This document shows positions 43,851-55,277 of a stretch of 58,291 nucleotides of DNA, one piece after another. The DNA lies in assembly GCA_038321865.1 (NCBI GenBank), contig JBBQFH010000018.1, forward strand, positions 1-58,291, read 5' to 3'. The notes beneath the pieces were generated by a model, which had not been told where the DNA came from, did no database searches, and worked only from the letters and a program-made list of their open reading frames with translations. The DNA comes from Gemmatimonadales bacterium (lineage in GTDB: Bacteria; Gemmatimonadota; Gemmatimonadetes; Gemmatimonadales; GWC2-71-9). Both the position numbers and the translations under genes were made by a program. Position 1 is the stretch's first letter, and each line of letters begins with the position of its first letter.

Positions 43851-44021
43851 TCAGCCCCGGCAGCTCGATCTGCACCCCGTGTGCCACGCCGCAGTGGCGG
43901 CTGGGCGTGAGTTTTCGGGGGGTTGCGCGACGTCGGAGTGGCGCTGGCGCCACAATAGCCATCCCAGCGCGGCCAGCCACAGCAGAATGATCACGGCGCC
44001 GATCAGGTGGAGCCGCCTCAC
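43851..44021 (-). CDS. Small single-TM protein (56 aa), possibly a truncated remnant
   Basis: GTG overlaps the macrodomain TGA; MRRLHLIGAVIILLWLAALGWLLWRQR hydrophobic helix, then a short tail. Confidence 0.45.
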   Translation of the reverse strand: MRRLHLIGAVIILLWLAALGWLLWRQRHSDVAQPPENSRPAATAAWHTGCRSSCRG

Positions 44022-44521
44022 GAGAAGGTTCGGAGCACCGCCTCCGCCGTCTCCTGTTCCTGCACCTTCTCGACCACGATGGTGAGTTCTTCGGGGGGGC
44101 CGCCCGCGCGCGACCGGAAGGTCTCGGCCAGCAGGCTGACCGACTCCTCCAGCGGGAGTTGTCCGGGCCCCGCACCGACCGCCGGCGCCGCGATCCGGGC
44201 CAGTTGCCACTCCGATGCCCGCTGCCACGCGGAGAGGAGAGCCCGCCGAATCGTCTCGCGGCTCGCGGGGGTGGCGGAATCCTGCAGGACGAGATGGAGG
44301 ACCAGCGGAGCGGCGAGGTCGCCACCGCCCGTCACCACGGCCGCACCTGCGTCCAGCGGCATCCCGACCCGCCGGAGCAGCGCGAAGCTGGTGCCGCCCT
44401 GTTCATCCAGGCGCCGCATGGCGGGGGTCAGGGCCTGCAGGTCGGCATCGGCGGAGCGGAGGATGGCGTCGGCCTCGACGAACGCGAGATCGTCCACCAC
44501 GACCCGGATCGTGTTTGGCAT
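44018..44521 (-). CDS. Macro domain (ADP-ribose-binding) protein, divergent
   Basis: IRVVVDDLAFVEADAIL, GAAVVTGGGDLAAPLVLHLV, IAAPAVGAG; ATG at 44521. Confidence 0.75.
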   Translation of the reverse strand: MPNTIRVVVDDLAFVEADAILRSADADLQALTPAMRRLDEQGGTSFALLRRVGMPLDAGAAVVTGGGDLAAPLVLHLVLQDSATPASRETIRRALLSAWQRASEWQLARIAAPAVGAGPGQLPLEESVSLLAETFRSRAGGPPEELTIVVEKVQEQETAEAVLRTFS

Positions 44522-44586
44522 GCCGTATGGTAGAGACCGACTCCGCAAACCGGAAGCGCCGCAGTCGGATCCAAAAGAAGGGAGAG

Positions 44587-44615
44587 TTGAACGCGACACC
44601 GCCTTCGGGTACCTT
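44587..44615 (+). promoter_or_regulatory. Sigma70-type promoter of uvrA (TTGAAC-N17-TACCTT), probably leaderless
   Basis: 17-nt spacer; ATG 8 nt after the -10; no Shine-Dalgarno. Confidence 0.5.
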
Positions 44616-44623
44616 TCGGGGCT

Positions 44624-47467
<2,844 letters not shown>

Positions 47468-47554
47468 AGGGCCGGCGCCCGTCGCAAGCCGGCCGGGCGC
47501 TACCCGTTCCTCCGACCAATCCGTACATTGCCTGTTCCCGGGACGGAGGCGCTC

Positions 47555-47770
47555 ATGAACTATGATGAGATCGTGTCGCTGCTGGGGTATGCCGGCGGAC
47601 ACGGGCAGCCAGTGCGGATCACCACGACCGATCGAAGCGAGATCGTCGGTATCCCGACCAGCGTGGACACCCACGTCACCGCCCACGAGGTGTATCTCCG
47701 GCCCGCCGGCGTCTCCGATGTCGAGATCGCCGTGTCGCTGAACGCGATTCGAACCGTCGAGATGGTCTGA
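47555..47770 (+). CDS. Small hypothetical protein, Sm/LSm-like fold suspected
   Basis: GGAGG RBS; 71 aa helix plus five short beta strands (VRITT, EIVGIPTSVD, EVYLR, EIAVSL, IRTVEM). Confidence 0.6.
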   Translation: MNYDEIVSLLGYAGGHGQPVRITTTDRSEIVGIPTSVDTHVTAHEVYLRPAGVSDVEIAVSLNAIRTVEMV

Positions 47771-47826
47771 CCGGAATCGGACTTGGGCAGGGCGGGATGA
47801 ATGATAGGCTGACGTACGTCGCTGGA

Positions 47827-47853
47827 TGAAACATTCGGCGACTGCCTCCCGTA
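47827..47853 (+). promoter_or_regulatory. ECF sigma (SigW-like) promoter TGAAAC-N17-CGTA
   Basis: Both elements match the Bacillus SigW consensus TGAAAC-N16-CGTA, with a spacer 1 nt longer; 32 nt upstream of the first array gene. Confidence 0.55.
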
Positions 47854-47885
47854 CTGGCCGAGGTCGTCACCAACCCGAGGAGACA

Positions 47886-48146
47886 GTGGAAGACATTCTC
47901 GCGATCATCCTCATCTTCGGCGGCGGTACGCTGACCGTGCTGGCGTTCAGTCCGGTCGGCCGTGCGCTCGCCGACCGGATCCGCGGGCACGGGGCCGAGC
48001 CGGCCTATGATCCGGAACTGTCTGCAGAGGTCCAGTCGCTGCGCGCGGACGTGTCCGAGCTGCAGGAGCGGGTGGACTTCACCGAACGGCTCCTGGCGCA
48101 GCGCGGGGAAGCCGCGCAGCTGGCCCCGCGGAGCGAGGCGCAGTAG
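47886..48146 (+). CDS. PspB-like small membrane protein, array copy 1
   Basis: GAGGAG RBS and GTG; TM helix, SPVGRALADRI, coiled coil ELQERVDFTERLLAQ. Confidence 0.75.
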   Translation: MEDILAIILIFGGGTLTVLAFSPVGRALADRIRGHGAEPAYDPELSAEVQSLRADVSELQERVDFTERLLAQRGEAAQLAPRSEAQ

Positions 48147-48148
48147 CC

Positions 48149-48427
48149 ATGCCCTTCGAGGATCTGTTGAAGGGGATCGTGATTCTGACCGCTACCGCCG
48201 GGTTCGTAGCGATCGGATACGTCGCGTTCCGATCTGCCATGGTCTGGCTCCGCAAGTACGAGCGTCGGGGCGAGGGACTGGGGCCGGGCGCGGCCGACGA
48301 GGCCGCCGCGCGCTTCGAGCGGCTGGAGCATGAGCTCGCCGAGCTTCACGAGCGGGTGGACTTCGCCGAACGGCTGCTGGCGCAGACGCGGGAGCCGGGG
48401 CTTCTGGGCCGAGGGGGTGACTTATGA
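48149..48427 (+). CDS. PspB-like small membrane protein, array copy 2
   Basis: TM helix and ELHERVDFAERLLAQ. Confidence 0.75.
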   Translation: MPFEDLLKGIVILTATAGFVAIGYVAFRSAMVWLRKYERRGEGLGPGAADEAAARFERLEHELAELHERVDFAERLLAQTREPGLLGRGGDL

Positions 48428-48717
48428 ATCCCGTAGTCGCCGGGGCGTTCATGATGGCGACCTTGGTGCTGATCACCACGGGCGTCACGCTGATTCTGCG
48501 GGGCCCGCTCGGCCGGGCGATCGGCCGCCGGATCGAGGGCAAGTATGCCGACCCCGGCGACAGCATACGCGTGACCGAACTGGAGCACCGGGTCGCGGAG
48601 CTCGAGGGCGTGCACACTCGGATCGGCGATCTCGAGGAACGGCTCGATTTCGCTGAGCGCCTCCTGGCCCGGGGGCGAGACTCCGAGCGGCTCGACGCCG
48701 GGAGAAAGGCTCCATGA
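48424..48717 (+). CDS. PspB-like small membrane protein, array copy 3
   Basis: ATGA overlap; TM helix, GPLGRAIGRRIEG, DLEERLDFAERLLAR. Confidence 0.75.
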   Translation: MNPVVAGAFMMATLVLITTGVTLILRGPLGRAIGRRIEGKYADPGDSIRVTELEHRVAELEGVHTRIGDLEERLDFAERLLARGRDSERLDAGRKAP

Positions 48718-49061
48718 TGCCGCAGATTCCTGCTCCCCCGGCACCTCCCTCACTGCCGACGGTGTTCGTCGGGACGGCCTCGCATATGGACCCCGCCGCA
48801 ATGGTGATGATCGCCGTCAGCGTGCTGGTCGCGGCGACGCTGGTGCTGCTGCCGCTGGTGCGCGCGCTGGCGCGCCGGCTCGAAGGAAAGACGGCGCCGC
48901 AGCAGGCGGCACTCCAGGCCGAGGTGGATGAGCTGCGTGCGCGTGTGCATGAGCTGGAGGGCGGTCAGGCGCGGATCCTCGAGCTGGAGGAACGGCTCGA
49001 CTTCACCGAACGGATCATCGCCCAGAAGCAGGATGCGCTCCGCCTGCCCAACAGCCCGTGA
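48714..49061 (+). CDS. PspB-like small membrane protein, array copy 4
   Basis: ATGA overlap; Pro-rich N-terminus, TM helix, PLVRALARRLEG, ELEERLDFTERIIAQ. Confidence 0.75.
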   Translation: MMPQIPAPPAPPSLPTVFVGTASHMDPAAMVMIAVSVLVAATLVLLPLVRALARRLEGKTAPQQAALQAEVDELRARVHELEGGQARILELEERLDFTERIIAQKQDALRLPNSP

Positions 49062-49177
49062 GTGGCGAAACCGTCGCCCGGGTAACGGAGCTGGAGGAGC
49101 GAGTTGGCTTCAGTGAGCCACTACTGCTGGCGCATCGCGGTGAAATACTGAGGCTTGAGAGAGGCGGGGTAGCGTGA
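49058..49177 (+). pseudogene. 39-aa TM-less degenerate array copy (micro-ORF or remnant)
   Basis: Hand translation MSGETVARVTELEERVGFSEPLLLAHRGEILRLERGGVA; GTGA overlaps with both neighbours; shorter than any ORF in the supplied track. Confidence 0.55.
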
Positions 49178-49527
49178 AGAAGTGGCTCGGCATCACCGGC
49201 ATGGACTTCGTGATTCAGGCCGTGGTCACAGGCTGCATGATCGGCGCCCTCATCGGGCACGTCGTGCCAGACGAGGTCGTCGTGTTCGGCCTGATTGGCC
49301 TCTCGGTGATCGTGCTTGCCGTGCGGCGCCATTTCGCGCTGAAGCGCCAGGGCGACGTCGAGTCCACTGGTGAGCTGGCCGCGCAGCACGTCGCGGAGCT
49401 CGAGATGCGCCTGAACGACCTGGAACTGGGTCAGGCGCGCGTGGCCGAGCTGGAGGACCGCCTCGATTTTGCCGAGCGGCTCCTGGCGCAGCGACAGGAC
49501 CAGATGCTTCCCGGGCCGTCGGCGTGA
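49174..49527 (+). CDS. PspB-like small membrane protein, last array copy (two TM helices)
   Basis: Two hydrophobic segments and ELEDRLDFAERLLAQ. Confidence 0.75.
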   Translation: MKKWLGITGMDFVIQAVVTGCMIGALIGHVVPDEVVVFGLIGLSVIVLAVRRHFALKRQGDVESTGELAAQHVAELEMRLNDLELGQARVAELEDRLDFAERLLAQRQDQMLPGPSA

Positions 49528-49615
49528 GCGTTGGGCGGCAGGTCGCAGGCGGGTTAGATTCTGCCGCAGGATGCGCCGTCCGCGGCGCGGAAGACCCCGG
49601 ACTTCGGAGCAGCCA

Positions 49616-50011
49616 ATGATCACGAGGGAGGACATTCAGTCATGGCTCGACCGCCTCGACGGGGGCAGCCTGACAGCGCGGGAGGTCGAGCCCAATCTCT
49701 GGATCGCGCATACGCCGGACGGCGCAGAGGTCGTGGTGCACTTCGCCCCGCCGGTCGTGCTGCTGCGGGTGCGGGTGATGGAGCTGCCCGGGACCGGCGG
49801 CCGGCAGGCCGACCTGTTCCGGCAGCTGCTCGAGCTGAACGCGCGGGACCTGGTGCACGGCTCCTACGGGCTCGAGGGCGATCACATCGTCCTGACCGAC
49901 ACGCTGGAGCTGGAGAATCTGGATTACAACGAGTTCGAGGCGAGCTTCGACTCCGTGACGTTGGCGCTGGCGTCGCACATGACCACGCTGGCACCCTACC
50001 GCGAGAGGTGA
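49616..50011 (+). CDS. CesT/YbjN-family (T3SS-chaperone-like) protein
   Basis: LFRQLLELNARDLVHGSYGLEGDHIVLTDTLELENLDYNEF pattern; GGAG RBS; adjacent to pspA. Confidence 0.75.
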   Translation: MITREDIQSWLDRLDGGSLTAREVEPNLWIAHTPDGAEVVVHFAPPVVLLRVRVMELPGTGGRQADLFRQLLELNARDLVHGSYGLEGDHIVLTDTLELENLDYNEFEASFDSVTLALASHMTTLAPYRER

Positions 50012-50017
50012 TTGTCC

Positions 50018-50784
<767 letters not shown>

Positions 50785-50785
<1 letters not shown>

Positions 50786-51918
50786 TGGCGACGTCTGACG
50801 CCGAGCGGCGGCACGGATTTCCCCTGACGGCGGCCCTGGCCGCCGTCTTGCTGATCGCGCTGGTCCTGCGGACGGCCGACGTGCTGCTGGTCATCTTTCT
50901 CGCCGTCATCCTCGGGGTCTACCTGCGCGCGCTGGCCGACGCCCTGGCGCATCGGCTGAGGGTACCGCAGCGGCTCGCCCTTCCCCTGGCCGTCGTGATC
51001 ACGCTCGGCGCGCTGACCGGGATCGTGCTGCTGATAGCCCCGGCGGTCGCGAACCAGGTCCAGGATCTCCTCACCAACATTCCGCGCTTTCTGGCAGACC
51101 TCGACCGGAGCATCACGACACTCACACAGCGGATTCCGGCCCTTCGGCGCCCGGCCCCGGCGCCAGGGCAGCCGGGGATCCTCGCGTCGTCGATCGGCGA
51201 GCTGTTCGGGGCGCTCCGGGGCGCGGTCGTGCCGTACCTGCGATCCGGCCTCGAAGTGGCGATCGAGAGCATCAGCGTGTTCGTCATGGCGCTGTACCTG
51301 GCCCGGCAGCCCGGCACTTACGTTGACGGGCTCGTGGCACTGGTCCCGCCTCCGCGGCGACCGCTGGTCCGGCGCATCCTGCCCGATCTCGCCACCACAC
51401 TTCGCGCGTGGGTGATCGGCCAGATCACCGCGATGCTCATTCTCGGCCTGCTCACGACGCTGGGCCTCTGGATCCTTGGGGTGCCGTACTTCCTCGCCTT
51501 CGGCGTGTTTGCCGGCGTCGCCGCGATCGTGCCGTTTTTCGGTACCCTGCTCTCGACCATCCTGCCGGCGCTTTTCGCGCTGAGTGCGGATGGCGTGCCC
51601 CGGATGCTGGCCGTGGCGGCGCTGGGAATCGTCGTGCACCTGATTGAGGCCAACCTGATCGCCCCGCAAGTGATGGAGCGCCAGGTCAACCTCCCGCCGG
51701 TCCTGACCATCGCGGGTGTGCTGATCATGGGCAAGCTGTTCGGCACGATGGGACTGCTCGTCGCGGTCCCGGTGCTGGCGGTCATCATGGTACTGATCCG
51801 CCACATCCTCCTCGGTGCGGTCTACGGTGACATCCGCGATGAGTCCGCGGCGTCCGGCACCGTTTCCGCCGAGGAACCGCGAACGATCGACCCACCCCCG
51901 AACACCGCGAGACGATGA
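50785..51918 (+). CDS. AI-2E family transporter
   Basis: Multiple TMs; WVIGQ, IVPFFG, EANLIAPQVM..VNLPP, GLLVAVP. Confidence 0.9.
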
Positions 51919-52997
51919 GCGCTCCGCTTTACCTGATCATCGCCGACGGCGACTTCGCGCCGATGACGTCGAAGACCGCCAACTCCGTTATCCGCTATCT
52001 GCCGGGCCGGGTCGTGGCCGTGCTCGACCGCCAGCAAGCCGGCAAGACCGTGCAGGACGTGCTCGGCTTCGGAGGCGCCACGCCGATCGTCGCATCGATG
52101 CGCGAGGGGCTCGGCCGGAAGCCGGATACCGTACTCATCGGGATCGCGCCGCAAGGGGGCCGCCTGCCGGCCGACTGGTACGGGTGGCTGGGCGAGGCGC
52201 TGGACGCCGGCTGCAACATCGTGAGCGGTCTGCACACCTTTCTGGGCGACGATCCGACGCTGGCCGAGAAGGCACGGCAGAATGGGCGCACCATCAGCGA
52301 CCTCCGGAAGCCGCCCGCCGATCTGCCGATCGCGTCCGGTCTGGCCAAGCAGGTGGAGCCGCTGGTGGTGCTGACGGTGGGCACCGACTGCAACGTGGGC
52401 AAGATGACCGCACAGCTGCAGCTGGCGGCGTCGCTGAATGATGCCGGCCTCCGCACGCGTTTCGTCGCCACCGGCCAGACCGGCATCATGATCGAAGGCT
52501 GGGGCATCGCGGTGGACGCGGTGGTCGCGGATTTCATCGCCGGCGCCGCCGAGCGTCTGGTGCTCCAGGGCTCGAAGGATGCGGATATCGTTCTGGTGGA
52601 GGGGCAGGGGAGCATCAACCACCCGGGCTATTCCGGCGTCACGCTCGGCCTGCTGCACGGCTCCTGCCCCGATGCGCTGATTCTGTGCCACCAGTCCACC
52701 CGGCGGTATATCGGCGACTATCGCCAGGCCGCCTGGCTGGAGCTCCCGCCGCTGGCGGAGTACGTGAGGCTGTACGAGACGATCGGCTCCGCGGTGCACC
52801 CGACGAAGGTCATCGGCATCTGCCTCAACACGTACGACATGACGGAGGATGAGGCCCGCGCCGCGTGCGCGGCGGCCGAGCGGGAGACCGGACTTCCGGC
52901 GACCGATCCGGTGCGGTTCGATCCCGCGCCGCTGGTCGCCGCGGTCTCCGGGTTCAATGCGCGATACAAGGAGGGCAGGGCCCGGGTTCGCGCATGA
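51915..52997 (+). CDS. DUF1611 / DgcN-like P-loop protein
   Basis: KTANSVIRY, SGLH, VGTDCNVGKMT, ATGQTG, DFIAGAAE, EGQGS..HPGYSGVT..LLHG. Confidence 0.88.
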   Translation: MSAPLYLIIADGDFAPMTSKTANSVIRYLPGRVVAVLDRQQAGKTVQDVLGFGGATPIVASMREGLGRKPDTVLIGIAPQGGRLPADWYGWLGEALDAGCNIVSGLHTFLGDDPTLAEKARQNGRTISDLRKPPADLPIASGLAKQVEPLVVLTVGTDCNVGKMTAQLQLAASLNDAGLRTRFVATGQTGIMIEGWGIAVDAVVADFIAGAAERLVLQGSKDADIVLVEGQGSINHPGYSGVTLGLLHGSCPDALILCHQSTRRYIGDYRQAAWLELPPLAEYVRLYETIGSAVHPTKVIGICLNTYDMTEDEARAACAAAERETGLPATDPVRFDPAPLVAAVSGFNARYKEGRARVRA

Positions 52998-53935
52998 GCC
53001 CGGCCATTCGGCTCGACCGGCTGGAGAAGGAGTATCGCGGTCCGCCACCCGTGAAGGCCGTCAGGGGGGTGGATCTCGAAGTTCGGCGCGGGGAGGTCTT
53101 CGGCCTGCTGGGCCCCAACGGCGCGGGCAAGAGCACGGTCGTCGGCATGTGCACGACGCAGGTGCTCCCCACTGCCGGCCGCGCCATCGTCGAGGATCTC
53201 GACGTCGTCACCGACCCGGCGCGCGCGCGGCGCTGCATCGGTGTCGTTCCGCAGTACAACACGCTCGACCGTGCGTGCACCGTTCGCGAAAATCTGTACT
53301 ATCACTGCCGCTATTTCGGCCTCGCCCGTGCGGAATCGCAGGCCCGGGCGGATGAGCTGCTCGAACAGTTCCAGCTGGGCGACCGGGCCGGCGCCATGCC
53401 GGCGCAGCTGTCGGGCGGACTGGCCCAGCGGCTCCAGGTCGCGCGGGCCATCGCCCACCGGCCGGCGGTGCTGTTTCTCGACGAGCCGACTGCCGGACTC
53501 GACCCCCAGAGCCGGCTCGCGCTCTGGGCGCTGATCGAGGGGATGCGCGATCGCGGCATCACCGTCCTGCTGACCACGCACTACATGGACGAGGCGGACC
53601 GGCTCAGCGATCGCGTCGCCATCATCGACGGCGGCAAGGTGCTCGTCTGTGACACGCCCGCCGCGCTCAAGCGGGACCTGGGCGCCGGTACCGTGCTGGA
53701 CCTGCAGCTTGACGGCGCCCACGACGGTCTCGATGCCGTCCTGCGGCAGGTGCCCGGCGTTCGCGAGGTGACGGCGGGCGCCGGGGGACTCCAGGTCATG
53801 ACCGATTCGCGCGAAGGGCTCCTGGCCCGCGTGGTCGAGGCGGCCGGGCCCTACCGCCTGCGAGATCTCGCGGTGCGCGAGCCTACCCTGGAGACCGTGT
53901 TCATCAAGCTGACCGGGAAGGCGCTCCGTGACTGA
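52994..53935 (+). CDS. ABC transporter ATP-binding protein (DrrA-like)
   Basis: GPNGAGKST, LSGG, LDEPTAGLDPQSR, TTHYMDEA, EPTLETVF. Confidence 0.93.
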   Translation: MSPAIRLDRLEKEYRGPPPVKAVRGVDLEVRRGEVFGLLGPNGAGKSTVVGMCTTQVLPTAGRAIVEDLDVVTDPARARRCIGVVPQYNTLDRACTVRENLYYHCRYFGLARAESQARADELLEQFQLGDRAGAMPAQLSGGLAQRLQVARAIAHRPAVLFLDEPTAGLDPQSRLALWALIEGMRDRGITVLLTTHYMDEADRLSDRVAIIDGGKVLVCDTPAALKRDLGAGTVLDLQLDGAHDGLDAVLRQVPGVREVTAGAGGLQVMTDSREGLLARVVEAAGPYRLRDLAVREPTLETVFIKLTGKALRD

Positions 53936-54743
53936 GTCGGTACGAGTGCGAGGCTATGGCCGTGCCTTCAGCGGCCTCATTCTTCGCGACCTCCGCGTCC
54001 TGCGCCGCGGGCTCGCGCCGTTCGTGGTCCGCACGATCATGAACCCGCTCCTCTCGGTGTTCGTCTTCGCGTACGTCTTCCCGAAGATCGGCCAGGGGAT
54101 GCGCGGGGCCGGTGCGGCGGGACCCAGTTTCGCCACCATCCTCATCCCCGGACTCGTGGCGATGGCGATGGTGTTCCAGGGGATCTCCGCCGTCGCGCTG
54201 CCGCTCGCGATCGAGCTGGGCGGCACGCGGGAGATCGAGGACCGGATCCTGGCCCCGGTGCCCAACTGGCTGGTCGCGATGGAGAAGATCGTGTTCGGCG
54301 CCGTGCAGGGAGTCCTCGCGGGGCTCGCGGTCTTTCCGGTGGTTTACCTGGTGCCGGCGACTCCGGTGGATATCCACGTGCAAAGCTGGCCACTGCTGCT
54401 CGTCGTGGTGGCCCTGGCGAGTCTCGGGTCCGGTGCGCTCGGCCTCGCGCTCGGCACGCTGGTGCGGCCGCAGCAGGTCGGGCTGATGTTCGCACTGGTG
54501 CTGGTACCGATGACATTTCTTGGCTGCGTCTACTATCCCTGGGCGGCGCTGCATCCGATCCGCTGGCTCCAATTCGGCGTGCTGATCAATCCGCTGGTGT
54601 ACATGAGCGAGGGGCTGCGGGCCGCGCTGACCCCGGAGCTGTCCCACATGCCGGTCCTGCTCGTGCTCAGCGCCCTCGTCACGGCGACGGTGCTCCTCTC
54701 GCTGGCCGGGATCCGCGCTTTCCGTCGCAGGACAATCGCATAG
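53928..54743 (+). CDS. ABC-2 type exporter permease (DrrB-like)
   Basis: Six TMs; EIEDRILAP, FLGCVYYPW, NPLVYMSEGLR. Confidence 0.9.
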   Translation: MTESVRVRGYGRAFSGLILRDLRVLRRGLAPFVVRTIMNPLLSVFVFAYVFPKIGQGMRGAGAAGPSFATILIPGLVAMAMVFQGISAVALPLAIELGGTREIEDRILAPVPNWLVAMEKIVFGAVQGVLAGLAVFPVVYLVPATPVDIHVQSWPLLLVVVALASLGSGALGLALGTLVRPQQVGLMFALVLVPMTFLGCVYYPWAALHPIRWLQFGVLINPLVYMSEGLRAALTPELSHMPVLLVLSALVTATVLLSLAGIRAFRRRTIA

Positions 54744-54817
54744 CGGCAGGTACAAACCGCACCAGCGTGCGGCGGCATGGTACGGACATCGCCCCGCGGC
54801 GGTGAACCTTGGGTGGC

Positions 54818-55213
54818 ATGCCGCCCGCCGCCATTCTCCCGCTCGACCCGGCAATTCCCCTGATCGACGTGCTCCGCGCCGCGCCTCCCGGCGAGCCCTG
54901 CGGCGTCTGGATTACCGCGGGAACGCCCGACCCATCCGGTGGCTGTGTCCGCTGGGGCGGCGGTGGTACGCTCATCGTGAGCTCCGACCTGGGGGCGCTG
55001 CTCCGGATCGTGAATGCCGTCCTGGTCCGCCACGGGGAAGAAGTGATGGCGCTCTCTTCCACCGTCCTGGCGCTGACGCGCATGCTGGAGGTGATGTCGG
55101 GCCCCGCGCCGCCGGCGCGGGTCGCGCTGCACGGGAGTCCTGAGGAGATACTCTCGGCGTGGGCCGCGGAAGGTCGCCGGGTCACGGGGTCACGGGTCCG
55201 CTACGGGCGTTGA
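54818..55213 (+). CDS. Hypothetical protein
   Basis: Fills the gap between the permease and mscS with plausible codon usage; no recognised motif. Confidence 0.5.
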   Translation: MPPAAILPLDPAIPLIDVLRAAPPGEPCGVWITAGTPDPSGGCVRWGGGGTLIVSSDLGALLRIVNAVLVRHGEEVMALSSTVLALTRMLEVMSGPAPPARVALHGSPEEILSAWAAEGRRVTGSRVRYGR

Positions 55214-55239
55214 CGCGTAGCCCGGCGCGCCTCTAGGTT
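55210..55239 (+). promoter_or_regulatory. Candidate sigma70 promoter for mscS-cysS (TTGACG-N18-TAGGTT)
   Basis: Near-consensus -35 and TAnnnT -10 upstream of mscS. Confidence 0.4.
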
Positions 55240-55277
55240 AGGGCTCCGATCCGACCCTCGCCCGCTCCGGAGTCCCC

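Noticed and set aside
48066..49491. About 36-nt near-identical DNA repeats (e.g. 48066-48101 vs 48350-48385, 34/36 identical) that could suggest a CRISPR array
   Set aside because: Spacing is mostly several hundred nt, the repeats are in-frame coding for the ERxDFxERLL motif with largely synonymous variation, and there are no cas genes
49616..50011. CesT-like chaperone as evidence for a type III secretion system
   Set aside because: No T3SS structural genes in the window; this fold also occurs beside PspA independently of T3SS
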